A stretch of DNA of 32,000 nucleotides from Desulfobulbus propionicus DSM 2032 (GTDB taxonomy: Bacteria; Desulfobacterota; Desulfobulbia; Desulfobulbales; Desulfobulbaceae): the NCBI RefSeq assembly GCF_000186885.1, contig NC_014972.1:3420001-3452000 (forward strand). Direction: 5' to 3'. The notes beneath the pieces were generated by a model that searched no databases, had not been told where the DNA came from, and saw only the letters and a list, made by a program, of their open reading frames with translations. This document shows, one piece after another, positions 17,045 through 28,146 of the stretch. A program made the translations under genes and the position numbers. Positions within the stretch are counted from its first letter, which is position 1; each line of letters opens with the position of its first letter.

Positions 17045-17950
17045 ATGCAAGGAGAAAAACATTCCACCCTTCAGGCCGATCTGCTCCTCCTCCTAGTCGC
17101 GCTGATCTGGGGCTTTGGTTTTGTCGCCCAACGGGTCGGCATGGACCACCTCGGCCCCTATACCTTCAACGGCATCCGCTTCCTGCTTGGCGGGCTGTGT
17201 TTGCTGCCCCTCGCCCTGGGCCGCGCAACGACGCCTATGGTCCCCAAGGATCGGCACATTCCCTTGCCTTGGGCCGGACTCCTGGCCGGCGGGATCTTGT
17301 TCATCGCCGCTACCCTGCAGCAGGTCGGCATCACCTCGACCACGGCGGGCAAAGCCGGGTTCATCACCGGCCTCTACGTGGTGCTGGTGCCGATGCTCGG
17401 CCTGCTCGTTCGGGAACGGACCCATGGCGGCACCTGGCTCGGCGCCGTGGCGGCGGCGATAGGCTTGTACCTGCTCAGCGTCAGCGAAGATTTCCGTATC
17501 GAGGCCGGGGATCTGCTGGTGCTGATCGGCGCCGTGTTCTGGGCCGGCCACGTGCTGGCGCTCTCCTACCTCTCGCCCCGAACCGTGCCGGTACGGCTGG
17601 CCATGGTCCAATTCTTCGTCTGCGGGGGACTCAGTCTGCTCACCGGGGTGTGCCTGGAACCCATCACCCTGCAGGCGATCATCGAGGCGACGGTCCCCAT
17701 CTTCTACGGCGGCGTCTGCTCGGTGGGCGCTGGCTACACCCTCCAGGTGGTGGTACAGCGCAAGGCCCACCCCTCGCACGCGGCCATCCTGCTGAGTTTG
17801 GAATCCCCGTTTGCCGCCTTGGGCGGCTGGTTGCTGCTGGGAGAAGTCCTCTCCGGACGGGCGGTCGTCGGCTGCGCCCTGATGCTCGCCGGCATGCTCG
17901 TTTCCCAGTTATGGCCGATGATGGTGGGGAGGGGAAAAAAGGCGTGCTGA
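17045..17950 (+). CDS. DMT-superfamily (EamA/RhaT) transporter
   Basis: LLLLLVALIWGFGFVAQRVGMDHLGPYTFNGIRFLLGGL and repeated EamA halves, about 10 hydrophobic segments. Confidence 0.92.
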   Translation: MQGEKHSTLQADLLLLLVALIWGFGFVAQRVGMDHLGPYTFNGIRFLLGGLCLLPLALGRATTPMVPKDRHIPLPWAGLLAGGILFIAATLQQVGITSTTAGKAGFITGLYVVLVPMLGLLVRERTHGGTWLGAVAAAIGLYLLSVSEDFRIEAGDLLVLIGAVFWAGHVLALSYLSPRTVPVRLAMVQFFVCGGLSLLTGVCLEPITLQAIIEATVPIFYGGVCSVGAGYTLQVVVQRKAHPSHAAILLSLESPFAALGGWLLLGEVLSGRAVVGCALMLAGMLVSQLWPMMVGRGKKAC

Positions 17951-18147
17951 CCCTCCGCACCCTCCCCGTCACCCATCGCCAACAAGGGTTCCCATAATCA
18001 AGAACAATTGCCGGATACCGTCGTTGCAGGTACTATAGCCCGGTTGGACAGGCGGGTTACCCCACCGTCAAGACAAAGACCATCAAGGATACCGGAAACA
18101 ACAGCGGCATCTTTTCCCCCAGATCCCTGCACAAAGGATAGAGCAGC

Positions 18148-19833
<1,686 letters not shown>

Positions 19834-19854
19834 CCTCCCTTTTTTTACAGCCGC

Positions 19855-19904
19855 GCCGCATGCCGGCCCTTGATCCGTACTGGCGGATCAGGACGGCATG
19901 CGGC
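19855..19904. repeat. Interrupted inverted repeat / strong hairpin between ettA and metX
   Basis: Arms GCCGCATGCCG (19855..19865) and CGGCATGCGGC (19894..19904), with inner arms TGATCCG (19871..19877) and CGGATCA (19884..19890). Confidence 0.75.
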
Positions 19905-20073
19905 CGGCCCCCGTTCTTGCTCCATTTTCTTGTGGCGCATCCTCCCGGATATGCTTATAACTCCCCCCATGAATACACTGGGCAGCACGGATAATTTTGC
20001 CCCACAAAGTGGCATACACGGTGGTCGATCCGACCATGCGGGGAGCAGGACAACCATAAGGAGGACCATCGGG

Positions 20074-21210
20074 ATGGTTGCTCCTCCCCGGTTAGTCGAA
20101 CGCCAATACTTCACCTTTGCCGAACCGCCGCACGAGATGATCCTTGACTGCGGCGCCCGCCTGGGGCCGATCACCCTGGCTTACGAAACCCTGGGCGAGC
20201 TCAACGCCGAGCGCACCAACGCCATCCTCATCCTCCACGCCTTTTCCGGCGATTCCCATGTGGCCGGCTACCTGCACGAGGATGACGAGCGTCCCGGCTG
20301 GTGGGACAACATGGTCGGTCCGGGCAAGCCGGTGGACACCAACCGCTATTTCGTCATCTGTTCCAACATTCTCGGCAGCTGCGCCGGCTCCACCGGACCC
20401 TCGTCGATCAATCCGCAGACCGGCAAACCCTATGGACTCACCTTTCCGATGGTGACCATCAAGGACATGGTCCGGGCGCAAAAGCACCTGATCGAACACC
20501 TGGGGATTCGCAAGCTGATGTCGCTGATCGGCGGCTCGGTCGGCGGCATGCAGGTGCTGCGCTGGTGCGCCGACTACCCGGAGATGGTGGGCTCGGCCAT
20601 CCCCCTGGCCACCACGGCCCGCCATTCGGCCCAGGCCATTGCCTTCAACGAGGTGGCGCGGCAGGCAATCATGGCCGACCCGGCGTGGAACAACGGCGAT
20701 TATTACGACGGCCCCGGCCCGGCGCATGGCTTGGCGGTGGCACGAATGATCGGCCATGTCACCTATCTGTCCGATGAGGCCATGCGGGAGAAATTCGGTC
20801 GTCGGCTGCACCGCAGCGCCCTGTCGTTCGACTTCACCGGCGATTTCCAGGTGGAAAGTTATCTCCATCACCAGGGCAAGAAATTCGTCGACCGCTTCGA
20901 CGCCAACTCGCTGCTCTACATCACCAAGGCCGCCGACTATTTCGACCTCGAACGCGGCGGCCACAACCTGCTGGTCAATGAGGCCCTGGCCGACGTGCCC
21001 TTTCTGGTGATCTCCTTCACCTCCGACTGGCTCTACCCCACCTATCAGTCACGCGATATCGTCTCGGCCCTGAAAAAAAACGGCAGCGATGTCAGCTTCT
21101 GCGAGATCGAGGCCCAGTGGGGTCACGACGCCTTCCTGGTGCCCAATGAACGCCTCAACGGGCTGATCAGTGGTTTTCTCGATCGGGTGTACCATGAACA
21201 GTGTCTATAA
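20074..21210 (+). CDS. metX: Homoserine O-acetyltransferase
   Basis: [54 protein letters not shown]...[14 protein letters not shown]...; ATG preceded by AAGGAGG; the ORF track extends upstream to 19870. Confidence 0.95.
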   Translation: MVAPPRLVERQYFTFAEPPHEMILDCGARLGPITLAYETLGELNAERTNAILILHAFSGDSHVAGYLHEDDERPGWWDNMVGPGKPVDTNRYFVICSNILGSCAGSTGPSSINPQTGKPYGLTFPMVTIKDMVRAQKHLIEHLGIRKLMSLIGGSVGGMQVLRWCADYPEMVGSAIPLATTARHSAQAIAFNEVARQAIMADPAWNNGDYYDGPGPAHGLAVARMIGHVTYLSDEAMREKFGRRLHRSALSFDFTGDFQVESYLHHQGKKFVDRFDANSLLYITKAADYFDLERGGHNLLVNEALADVPFLVISFTSDWLYPTYQSRDIVSALKKNGSDVSFCEIEAQWGHDAFLVPNERLNGLISGFLDRVYHEQCL

Positions 21211-21829
21211 CCGGGAACTGGGCACCATGCGTTTTGACCTCCAGGTCATCGCCTCGTGGATCGAACCGGGTTCACGGGTGCTTGATCTGGGCTGCGGCAG
21301 CGGCGATCTGCTCGACTACCTCAAACAGCACAAGCAAGGCATCGGCACCGGCATCGAGCTGTCCGAGGAGAAGGTGGCCCGGTGCATCGAACGCGGCCTG
21401 ACCGTGCTCCAGGGCGACTTTCGCCAGGAGGTCCGCGATTATCCCGAGGGGCGTTTCGATGTGGTGGTGCTCAGCCAGACCCTGCAGCAAATCCATGACC
21501 CCAAGGAGCTGTTGATGGATCTGCTGTGGATCGGCAAGCGGGTGATCGTCAGCTTTCCCAACTTCGCCCACTGGTCGGCGCGGCTGCAACTCTTGTTCAC
21601 CGGCATGGCGCCGGTCACTGACCAGCTGCCCTACGAATGGTACAACACCCCGAACATCCGGGTTATTTCCATCAAGGATTTCAAGCGCTTTCTCCGCATG
21701 TTCGGAGTGCGCACGGTGCGTGAGGTGGCGATCAACACCCATCATCACGACTATAAAGGCAACATTGTCCGCTCGTTCAAGAATCTGCGGGCAACCTATG
21801 GCATCATGATGCTGGAGCGAGTGACGTGA
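21194..21829 (+). CDS. metW: Methionine biosynthesis protein MetW
   Basis: [43 protein letters not shown]...[14 protein letters not shown]...; overlaps the metX 3' end by 17 bp. Confidence 0.95.
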   Translation: MNSVYNRELGTMRFDLQVIASWIEPGSRVLDLGCGSGDLLDYLKQHKQGIGTGIELSEEKVARCIERGLTVLQGDFRQEVRDYPEGRFDVVVLSQTLQQIHDPKELLMDLLWIGKRVIVSFPNFAHWSARLQLLFTGMAPVTDQLPYEWYNTPNIRVISIKDFKRFLRMFGVRTVREVAINTHHHDYKGNIVRSFKNLRATYGIMMLERVT

Positions 21830-21855
21830 GCCGCTTTTTTCAGGAAGAGTTGATT

Positions 21856-22827
21856 ATGGGAAAACAGGACGTGCTGGCCGGAAGTTGCAAGACCGAAACC
21901 ATCACCGCCGAGCGGGTGCGCAATCCGATTCCCGACGCGGTGACCGCCTTGGCCGAAGGGTTCAGGAGCGGCCGCTGGGCCAGCCATATCGAACCGGTGC
22001 CGATTCCCTCCAAGCAGGCGATCATCCATCTGATCGAGCAAGCGCAGCAAATCCTTTTTCCCGGCTTTTTTTCCGCCGATATTCTTCGTCCGGAGAATCT
22101 TGACTATCATCTGGGGCAGCAACTGAGCCAGTTCTATGAACATCTCGCCAGCCAGATCAGTTCGGCCATCCGCCACGACTGCTTCCGCCACAACCAGGCC
22201 TGCACCCTGTGCAATGAGCGCAGCTACGAAATCGCCGCCGAGCTGATCGACAGCCTGCCCGCGATCCGCAACCTGCTGGAGTCGGACATCGAGGCCACGC
22301 TGACCGGCGACCCGGCGGCGGCCAACTCGGACGAGGTGATCTTCAGCTATCCCGGCCTGTTCGCCACCCTGATCTACCGCCTGGCCCATCGCCTCCACCA
22401 ACTGGGGGTACCGCTCATTCCCCGGATCATGAGCGAACACGCCTATCACCGCACCGCCATCGACATCAATCCCGAGGCCACCATCGGTTCGGACTTCTTC
22501 ATCGATCACGGCTCCGGCGTGGTCATCGGCTCCACCACCACCATCGGCAACCGGGTGCGGCTCTACCAGGGCGTCACCCTCGGCGCCCTGTCCTTGCCCC
22601 GGGACGCGGGGATGAAGCTGCGCAACGTCAAACGCCACCCCACCATCGAGGACGACGTCATCATCTACGCCAATGCCACCATCCTCGGCGGCGACACCGT
22701 GGTCGGTGCGCGCTCGATCATCGGCGGCAACGTCTGGCTGACCGAGTCGGTCGGTCCGGATACCCGGGTGATGCTGGAGCAGCCCCGTCTGGTCTATATC
22801 GGTCGCGAGCAGGGAGGACAACCATGA
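21856..22827 (+). CDS. cysE: Serine O-acetyltransferase (EpsC/CysE type, left-handed beta helix)
   Basis: GVPLIPRIMSEHAYHRTAIDINPEATIGSDFFIDHGSGVVIGSTTTIGNRVRLYQGVTLGALS; start MGKQDVLAG. Confidence 0.92.
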   Translation: MGKQDVLAGSCKTETITAERVRNPIPDAVTALAEGFRSGRWASHIEPVPIPSKQAIIHLIEQAQQILFPGFFSADILRPENLDYHLGQQLSQFYEHLASQISSAIRHDCFRHNQACTLCNERSYEIAAELIDSLPAIRNLLESDIEATLTGDPAAANSDEVIFSYPGLFATLIYRLAHRLHQLGVPLIPRIMSEHAYHRTAIDINPEATIGSDFFIDHGSGVVIGSTTTIGNRVRLYQGVTLGALSLPRDAGMKLRNVKRHPTIEDDVIIYANATILGGDTVVGARSIIGGNVWLTESVGPDTRVMLEQPRLVYIGREQGGQP

Positions 22828-23750
22828 GGACGGTGTGCGGCGATTTCACTCAGGCGGTGGGCAACACCCCATTGGTTCATCTTCGGCACATCAGCTCCGC
22901 AACCGGAGTTGAACTGCTGGCCAAGGTGGAGTCGTTCAATCCGCTGGGCAGCATCAAGGACCGGGTGGCGGTGGCCATGGTCGATGACGCCGAGCAACGC
23001 GGTTTGCTTGCCCCGGGCGGCACCATTGTCGAGCCGACCAGCGGCAATACCGGCATCGGGCTGGCCTTTGTCAGTGCCAGCCGCGGCTACCATCTGATCC
23101 TCGCCATGCCCGAAAGCATGAGCATTGAGCGGCGCAAGCTGCTGATCCATCTGGGGGCCGAGCTGGTGCTGACCCCGGCGGCCGAGGGCATGCGGGGTGC
23201 AGTGGCCCGGGCCGCCGCCATTCAGCAGGAACGTCCGGGCGTCTGGATGCCCAACCAGTTCGCCAACCCGGCCAACCCGGCCATGCACCGGCGCACCACC
23301 GGCCCGGAGATCTGGCAACAGGGAGGGGGGCGGATCGACGCCTTTGTCGCCGGCGTGGGCACCGGCGGCACCATCAGCGGTGTGGGCGGGTACCTCAAGG
23401 AACAGCACCCGGCGGTGCGGATCGTGGCGGTCGAGCCGGCCGCCTCGCCGGTGCTCTCGGGTGGTATGCCCGGGCCGCACAAGATCCAGGGCATCGGCGC
23501 CGGTTTTGTTCCGGACAATCTCGACCGGGCGGTGATCGACGAGATTGTTACAGTCGAAAACGACGAGGCCATCCGCCAGGCGCAGTTTCTGGCCCGGCGT
23601 GAAGGCATCCTCTGCGGCATCTCCGGTGGCGCGGCCCTGGCCGGAGCCCTGCGGTTGGCTGTCCGGCCCGAGTTTCAGGGTAAACGGATCGTCCTTCTTC
23701 TGCCCGACACCGGCGAGCGCTATCTGAGCACCGAGTTGATGACCGCATAG
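22824..23750 (+). CDS. cysK: Cysteine synthase (O-acetylserine sulfhydrylase family)
   Basis: AVGNTPLVHL, ESFNPLGSIKDRVAVAM, PTSGNTGIGLAFV, GVGTGGTISGVGGYLKE, GISGGAALAGAL; starts overlapping the cysE stop. Confidence 0.93.
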   Translation: MRTVCGDFTQAVGNTPLVHLRHISSATGVELLAKVESFNPLGSIKDRVAVAMVDDAEQRGLLAPGGTIVEPTSGNTGIGLAFVSASRGYHLILAMPESMSIERRKLLIHLGAELVLTPAAEGMRGAVARAAAIQQERPGVWMPNQFANPANPAMHRRTTGPEIWQQGGGRIDAFVAGVGTGGTISGVGGYLKEQHPAVRIVAVEPAASPVLSGGMPGPHKIQGIGAGFVPDNLDRAVIDEIVTVENDEAIRQAQFLARREGILCGISGGAALAGALRLAVRPEFQGKRIVLLLPDTGERYLSTELMTA

Positions 23751-24007
23751 TCTTCGCCGAATCCACCATCGCCTATATCACGGACTGTCGGCACAGCCTG
23801 CCCATTCTCCTCGTCTTTCTGGGCAACAGAGCTGTTGGATGATACGGTGGGGGATTTTCCCTGCCTTACGTGGGGAGCACGCGCATTCCTTTGAATTTAT
23901 CGGCAGGATATGCTTACATGGGACCTTTCGATCGCAGGAGAGGCACCCGCTGCCGGAGCGTCTTGCGGGACACCTTCCACCACTTCTTTCTGAAGAAGGG
24001 ACAATCC

Positions 24008-25948
24008 ATGGCATGTACAGGCAAGCAGTTGCGCGCGCGGCGGAGACTCTCTCTGATTCCAGCCATTCTGGCCTTCTGGGTCACCCTTGGGATCTGGTCC
24101 CTCTCTGCGCCGATCTGGGCGCAATCATCCCCTGAAGCGTCCGTTCTTTCTCCTCCGACAGGTCCCGTCGCTGGAGCCAGTGAGGCGCTGAGCAAGGCGG
24201 TTCTTAAAATTGACATCGATTACACCGAATCACCGTCCGCCGCCGCCGAACGGCTGGCCAAGTCGCTGACCAGCGCGACAACGGCGGATGCAATCCGCCC
24301 CGCCGCCTATGAAGCGCTTGCCCGTTCGGGCATGGCCGTCAAGAGTGCCTCCGAAATCCTTGCCGCAACCGGCCCGCGCATCATCAAACGGTGGCTCTTG
24401 CCCGCCCAGGCCGACAACCTCGCCCTCGACTTTCTCGAACATCAGGGCTGGACGCTCGCCGATTTGACCAAGGCCGTTGCCGAACACCCGAACGGCCCCG
24501 GAGCCCAGCTGCTCACGCGTCCCGAAACCCTGGGCATGTTGCTGCGGGAATGGGCGGCCATCGCCAAGCAGTCGCCCGCCGATCCCGAAGCGTTCGCCCC
24601 CTTGCTGCTGGCACGGATTGCCCATATCAGGGGCAACGGGTCGGATTTTACCCAGGGCGCGATTATCCCCGAGCAGATCGAGCTGTCGTATCTCGAACTC
24701 ATGCTGCTCACGGCCGGAGCCTACAAGGGCTTGCCCCAGCAACACGCGCCGAGGCAGTTGTCCAGGGCTGTCTCTCTCCTGCAGTGCGCGACATCCTGGT
24801 CGACGTCACTGCTCGTGCCATCCGCCCATGCCGCTGGCGACCCCCCCTGCACCTGGGTGAAAGACAATGTCGGAAAAAACGAGGAAGCCGAGGCTGCCCA
24901 GGATTTCACCGAGGAAGGCGTCGGCTGGATGATGGACACGGCGCTGGATAAAACAGGCAAATGGCTCGATTCCTTGGGCGACGGCACCTTGGGAAAAACA
25001 CTGGGGCAGGCCGCCGGTATCTTGAAAATAACCAACCTGCTCACCTCCATGATCTCCCTCTATGGCGGATACAGCCTGACCCTGACCTGGGATCCGGTCA
25101 AGCCCCACTATCTGGGGCATGAACATGGTAACGCCGCCATGCACATCACCGCCTCGGTCAGTTCGAGACCGTTGGCCGATGACGCCACCCTGGCCTGCCT
25201 CAAGTTTCTCGGCATCGAAAAGCCGACCAGCGACTCGATGAAGGACACCACCGTCGAGTGGGTGGCGCTTTACGGAACACCCAAGCACGCCCAACCGAAA
25301 TTTCCTCCCTCCAGCCGGGAAAACGTCGGTCCCGATGGCAAGGCCGTCCTGGAACTGACGATGAGCCAGGAAACACTCGGCCAGGAAGTGAAAAAGGGCC
25401 GGATCAAGCACGATCAGGTCGTCATGCAGGCCAATCTCATCGTCTACAAATCCAACCCCGGAAAAATCATGGCCGCAACCCTGTTTGGGAACGTTGTCGG
25501 CGGCAATATCGAAGTCCTCAAGGGATGGTTCGCCAACTGGTTTCCCAAACGGGCGGTGGCGCGCGTGCCGGTCGAGTGGCACAAGCTCTCCCGCTGGCGC
25601 TGCGTGGTCGAGGTCGCGCCTGGTTTGCCCCTGCGCATCGTCTATACCAGCGGATTGGGCACCAAGAGCATCTGGACCTGGGCCTTCGAGGGCGATTCCA
25701 GGTTTTCAGGCAGCGGCTCGTTCGATCTCACCAGCGGCAGTACCCGGTTCGTGATGAACGAAACCGTGACCGACGGCGGCATGACCGGGCACGGGACAAT
25801 CCCGAAAACAGCCAGCATCGGCGGCACCGACGAGGAGCCCACCCTGATCCTGGGCATCGACGGCACGTCGAAATATTTCACGAAAGGCGGCGCCATCGCG
25901 AAAAAAGTCAAGGGACAAAGGGCCTTCAAACTTGAAGAGATAGAATGA
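24008..25948 (+). CDS. Large uncharacterised exported protein (646 aa from MACTGKQL)
   Basis: GAAGG RBS before ATG at 24008; N-terminal hydrophobic segment SLIPAILAFWVTLGIWSLSAPIWAQSS; no recognised domain. Confidence 0.8.
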   Translation: MACTGKQLRARRRLSLIPAILAFWVTLGIWSLSAPIWAQSSPEASVLSPPTGPVAGASEALSKAVLKIDIDYTESPSAAAERLAKSLTSATTADAIRPAAYEALARSGMAVKSASEILAATGPRIIKRWLLPAQADNLALDFLEHQGWTLADLTKAVAEHPNGPGAQLLTRPETLGMLLREWAAIAKQSPADPEAFAPLLLARIAHIRGNGSDFTQGAIIPEQIELSYLELMLLTAGAYKGLPQQHAPRQLSRAVSLLQCATSWSTSLLVPSAHAAGDPPCTWVKDNVGKNEEAEAAQDFTEEGVGWMMDTALDKTGKWLDSLGDGTLGKTLGQAAGILKITNLLTSMISLYGGYSLTLTWDPVKPHYLGHEHGNAAMHITASVSSRPLADDATLACLKFLGIEKPTSDSMKDTTVEWVALYGTPKHAQPKFPPSSRENVGPDGKAVLELTMSQETLGQEVKKGRIKHDQVVMQANLIVYKSNPGKIMAATLFGNVVGGNIEVLKGWFANWFPKRAVARVPVEWHKLSRWRCVVEVAPGLPLRIVYTSGLGTKSIWTWAFEGDSRFSGSGSFDLTSGSTRFVMNETVTDGGMTGHGTIPKTASIGGTDEEPTLILGIDGTSKYFTKGGAIAKKVKGQRAFKLEEIE

Positions 25949-26035
25949 GGACGTGGGCAGCGCCCGTCTTTTCCGGATACCGTCACATGGCATCCGAGTT
26001 GCAATGCATACACGCACAACCAAGGAAAGAACGTT

Positions 26036-26467
26036 ATGGGAACAATCGTCTCACTGAACATCAGCCGGGAAAAAGGCGTCAACAAGGAGCCGGTAGACAG
26101 CATTGAAGTCAAGGTCGATCACGGCATGGTCGGCGATGCCCACGCCGGCGACTGGCACCGCCAGGTCAGCCTGCTGGCCGAGGAATCGATCGATTTCATG
26201 CGCAACAAGGGGCTGGAACTGGACCCCGGCGCCTTTGCCGAGAACATCACCACCGAGGGCATCGACTTGGCCAAACTCCCCATCGGCACCCGCCTGAGCA
26301 ACGGCCAGGTGGTGCTGGAGATCACCCAGATCGGCAAGAAATGCCACCACGGCTGCGCCATCTTCAAGCAGGTGGGCGACTGCATCATGCCGCGCGAAGG
26401 CATTTTCGCCAAGGTGATCGTGCCTGGGACCCTGCATAAGGGCGACAACCTGGATGTGTTGCCGTGA
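26036..26467 (+). CDS. MOSC domain-containing protein
   Basis: MGTIVSLNISREKGVNKEPVDSIEVKVDHGMVGDAHAGDWHRQVSLLAEESI...GAFAENITTEG...LPIGTRL...CHHGCAIF. Confidence 0.92.
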   Translation: MGTIVSLNISREKGVNKEPVDSIEVKVDHGMVGDAHAGDWHRQVSLLAEESIDFMRNKGLELDPGAFAENITTEGIDLAKLPIGTRLSNGQVVLEITQIGKKCHHGCAIFKQVGDCIMPREGIFAKVIVPGTLHKGDNLDVLP

Positions 26468-27120
26468 GCGGTAGCGCAAATTGCAAACGCTGCGGCACCT
26501 GCTGCCGTCAGGGCGGCCCGGCCCTGCACGGGCCGGATCTGAAACTGCTCCGTTCGGGAACCCTGCGCACCGAGGACCTGATTACCGTCCGCCGGGGTGA
26601 ACTGGCCTTCCAGCCTCTGGCCGACCGTCCCGAACCGGTCACTCATGAATTTCTCAAGCTAAGCGGCCAACACGGCACCTGGTGTTGCCTCTTTTATGAT
26701 GAACAGAGCCAAGGGTGCCGCTGTTACTCGCATCGGCCCTTGGCCTGCCGGCTGCTTGACTGCACCGACACCGGGCCCATCCTGGACATAGCCGGACAGG
26801 ACCTGCTGACCCGCTTTGCCTGCATCGCCGCCGACGATCCCCTGTTGCCGCTGATCCGGGAACATGAGCAACGCTGTCCCTGCCCGGACCTGCATGCCTT
26901 GGCCGGCGATTTGGCGCAAGACACGCTCGACCCCGCGCGCCTGGCCGAACTGGAAGCCACCGTGGCCCTCGATCTGGCCTTCCGCAGCCGGGTCGCCGCC
27001 GAGCTGCGCCTTTCCGTGGCGCAAGAGATGTTCTCCTTTGGCCGGCCGCTGTTTCAACTGCTGTTGCCCTTGGGGCTGCAAGCCGTCAACACCCCCGAAG
27101 GCATCCGCCTGCACCGTTAG
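26464..27120 (+). CDS. YkgJ-family cysteine cluster protein
   Basis: CKRCGTCCRQGGPAL ... CCLFYDEQSQGCRCYSHRPLACRLLDC, characteristic Cys cluster; start overlaps the MOSC stop. Confidence 0.9.
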   Translation: MSGSANCKRCGTCCRQGGPALHGPDLKLLRSGTLRTEDLITVRRGELAFQPLADRPEPVTHEFLKLSGQHGTWCCLFYDEQSQGCRCYSHRPLACRLLDCTDTGPILDIAGQDLLTRFACIAADDPLLPLIREHEQRCPCPDLHALAGDLAQDTLDPARLAELEATVALDLAFRSRVAAELRLSVAQEMFSFGRPLFQLLLPLGLQAVNTPEGIRLHR

Positions 27121-27229
27121 ACGCAGGCGCCCGCCGCGGCCAGCATGGGGTTGACGGCCGAAGCAAAAGCATATAGAGTGCCGCACCTTTTGCCCCCCTT
27201 TTTCCCTTCTTCTCCCGAGGTACGCCGGA

Positions 27230-28093
27230 ATGAGCGCTCCCGATGTCCAGACCCTCCTTGCCCGCTTCGACCAACTGACCGACACCTACATGCGCGACGA
27301 GGTTGATCAGGCCCTGCACTGTCAGCAGGAACTGACCCCGCACCTGCTCAAGATCATCGAGACGGTGGCCGAAAACCCGCTGATTTATTGCCTGGAAGGA
27401 CACAATGCCCACGTCTACGCCGCCAGCCTGCTGTCCCATTTTTGCGAGCCGGCCGCCCATCTGCCGCTGATCCGGGCCTTTTCCATTCCCGAGGAGCAGT
27501 TGGTCGACCTGTGGGGCGACATGACCACCGAAACCCTGCCCACCCTGCTCTACCGGACCTGCAACGGCTCCATCGAGGCGATCAAAAACTTAGTGAATAA
27601 CCGAGAGGTGGATCAGTATGTGCGCTGCGCGGCCATGGAGGCACTGTCCTATGCGGTGGCCTTTCATCCCTTCCACCGCGACGAGGTGGTGCGCTTTTTC
27701 CAGGGGCTGTTCACCGGCGAGGAGGCCGCGCGCGACTCCCATTTCTGGGGCAACCTGACTGCCACCTTGTGCGACCTCCATCCTGGGGATTCGATGGCCA
27801 TCATCCGCACCGCCTTTGCCGAGGGCATCGTCCCCCCCGGATTTATCAGTCTGGAAAATGTCGAGGAGGCTAACAAGCGGAGCATGGAGGCGGCCATGGA
27901 CCATCTGCTGACCTGGGTCAAGGCGCGGATGCCGGCGGATATCCATGCCTACATCTCCTGGTTTGCCGAATTTCATCAGCAGGACCACGAACAGCCCGCA
28001 GCGAAAAAACCGGCCCCCAAAAAGGACAAGAAAAAGGGCAGCCACGATCCTCAAAAGGCCGCCAAAAAGGTGCGCAAGAAAAACAAGCGTTAG
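27230..28093 (+). CDS. DUF1186-like protein with Lys-rich tail
   Basis: LIRAFSIPEEQLVDLWGDMTTETLPTLLYRTCNGSIEAIKNLVNNREVDQYVRCAAMEAL matches the DUF1186 pattern; tail AAKKPAPKKDKKKGSHDPQKAAKKVRKKNKR. Confidence 0.8.
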   Translation: MSAPDVQTLLARFDQLTDTYMRDEVDQALHCQQELTPHLLKIIETVAENPLIYCLEGHNAHVYAASLLSHFCEPAAHLPLIRAFSIPEEQLVDLWGDMTTETLPTLLYRTCNGSIEAIKNLVNNREVDQYVRCAAMEALSYAVAFHPFHRDEVVRFFQGLFTGEEAARDSHFWGNLTATLCDLHPGDSMAIIRTAFAEGIVPPGFISLENVEEANKRSMEAAMDHLLTWVKARMPADIHAYISWFAEFHQQDHEQPAAKKPAPKKDKKKGSHDPQKAAKKVRKKNKR

Positions 28094-28146
28094 CCCCCCT
28101 TCCCCGCACAGCTCCCCCGAGGTCGTTGGCGGCCGGCACCTCCTGG

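Noticed and set aside
19905-20073. SAM or SAH riboswitch upstream of metX
   Set aside because: I looked for the conserved SAM-I core and for SAH-type elements by eye and could not match them; only generic hairpins are visible. cmscan would be decisive.
23751-24007. GEMM-type (c-di-GMP or cGAMP) riboswitch upstream of the exported orphan gene
   Set aside because: The conserved GEMM core around GGACGCAAAGCC was not seen there or in the other intergenic gaps I read.
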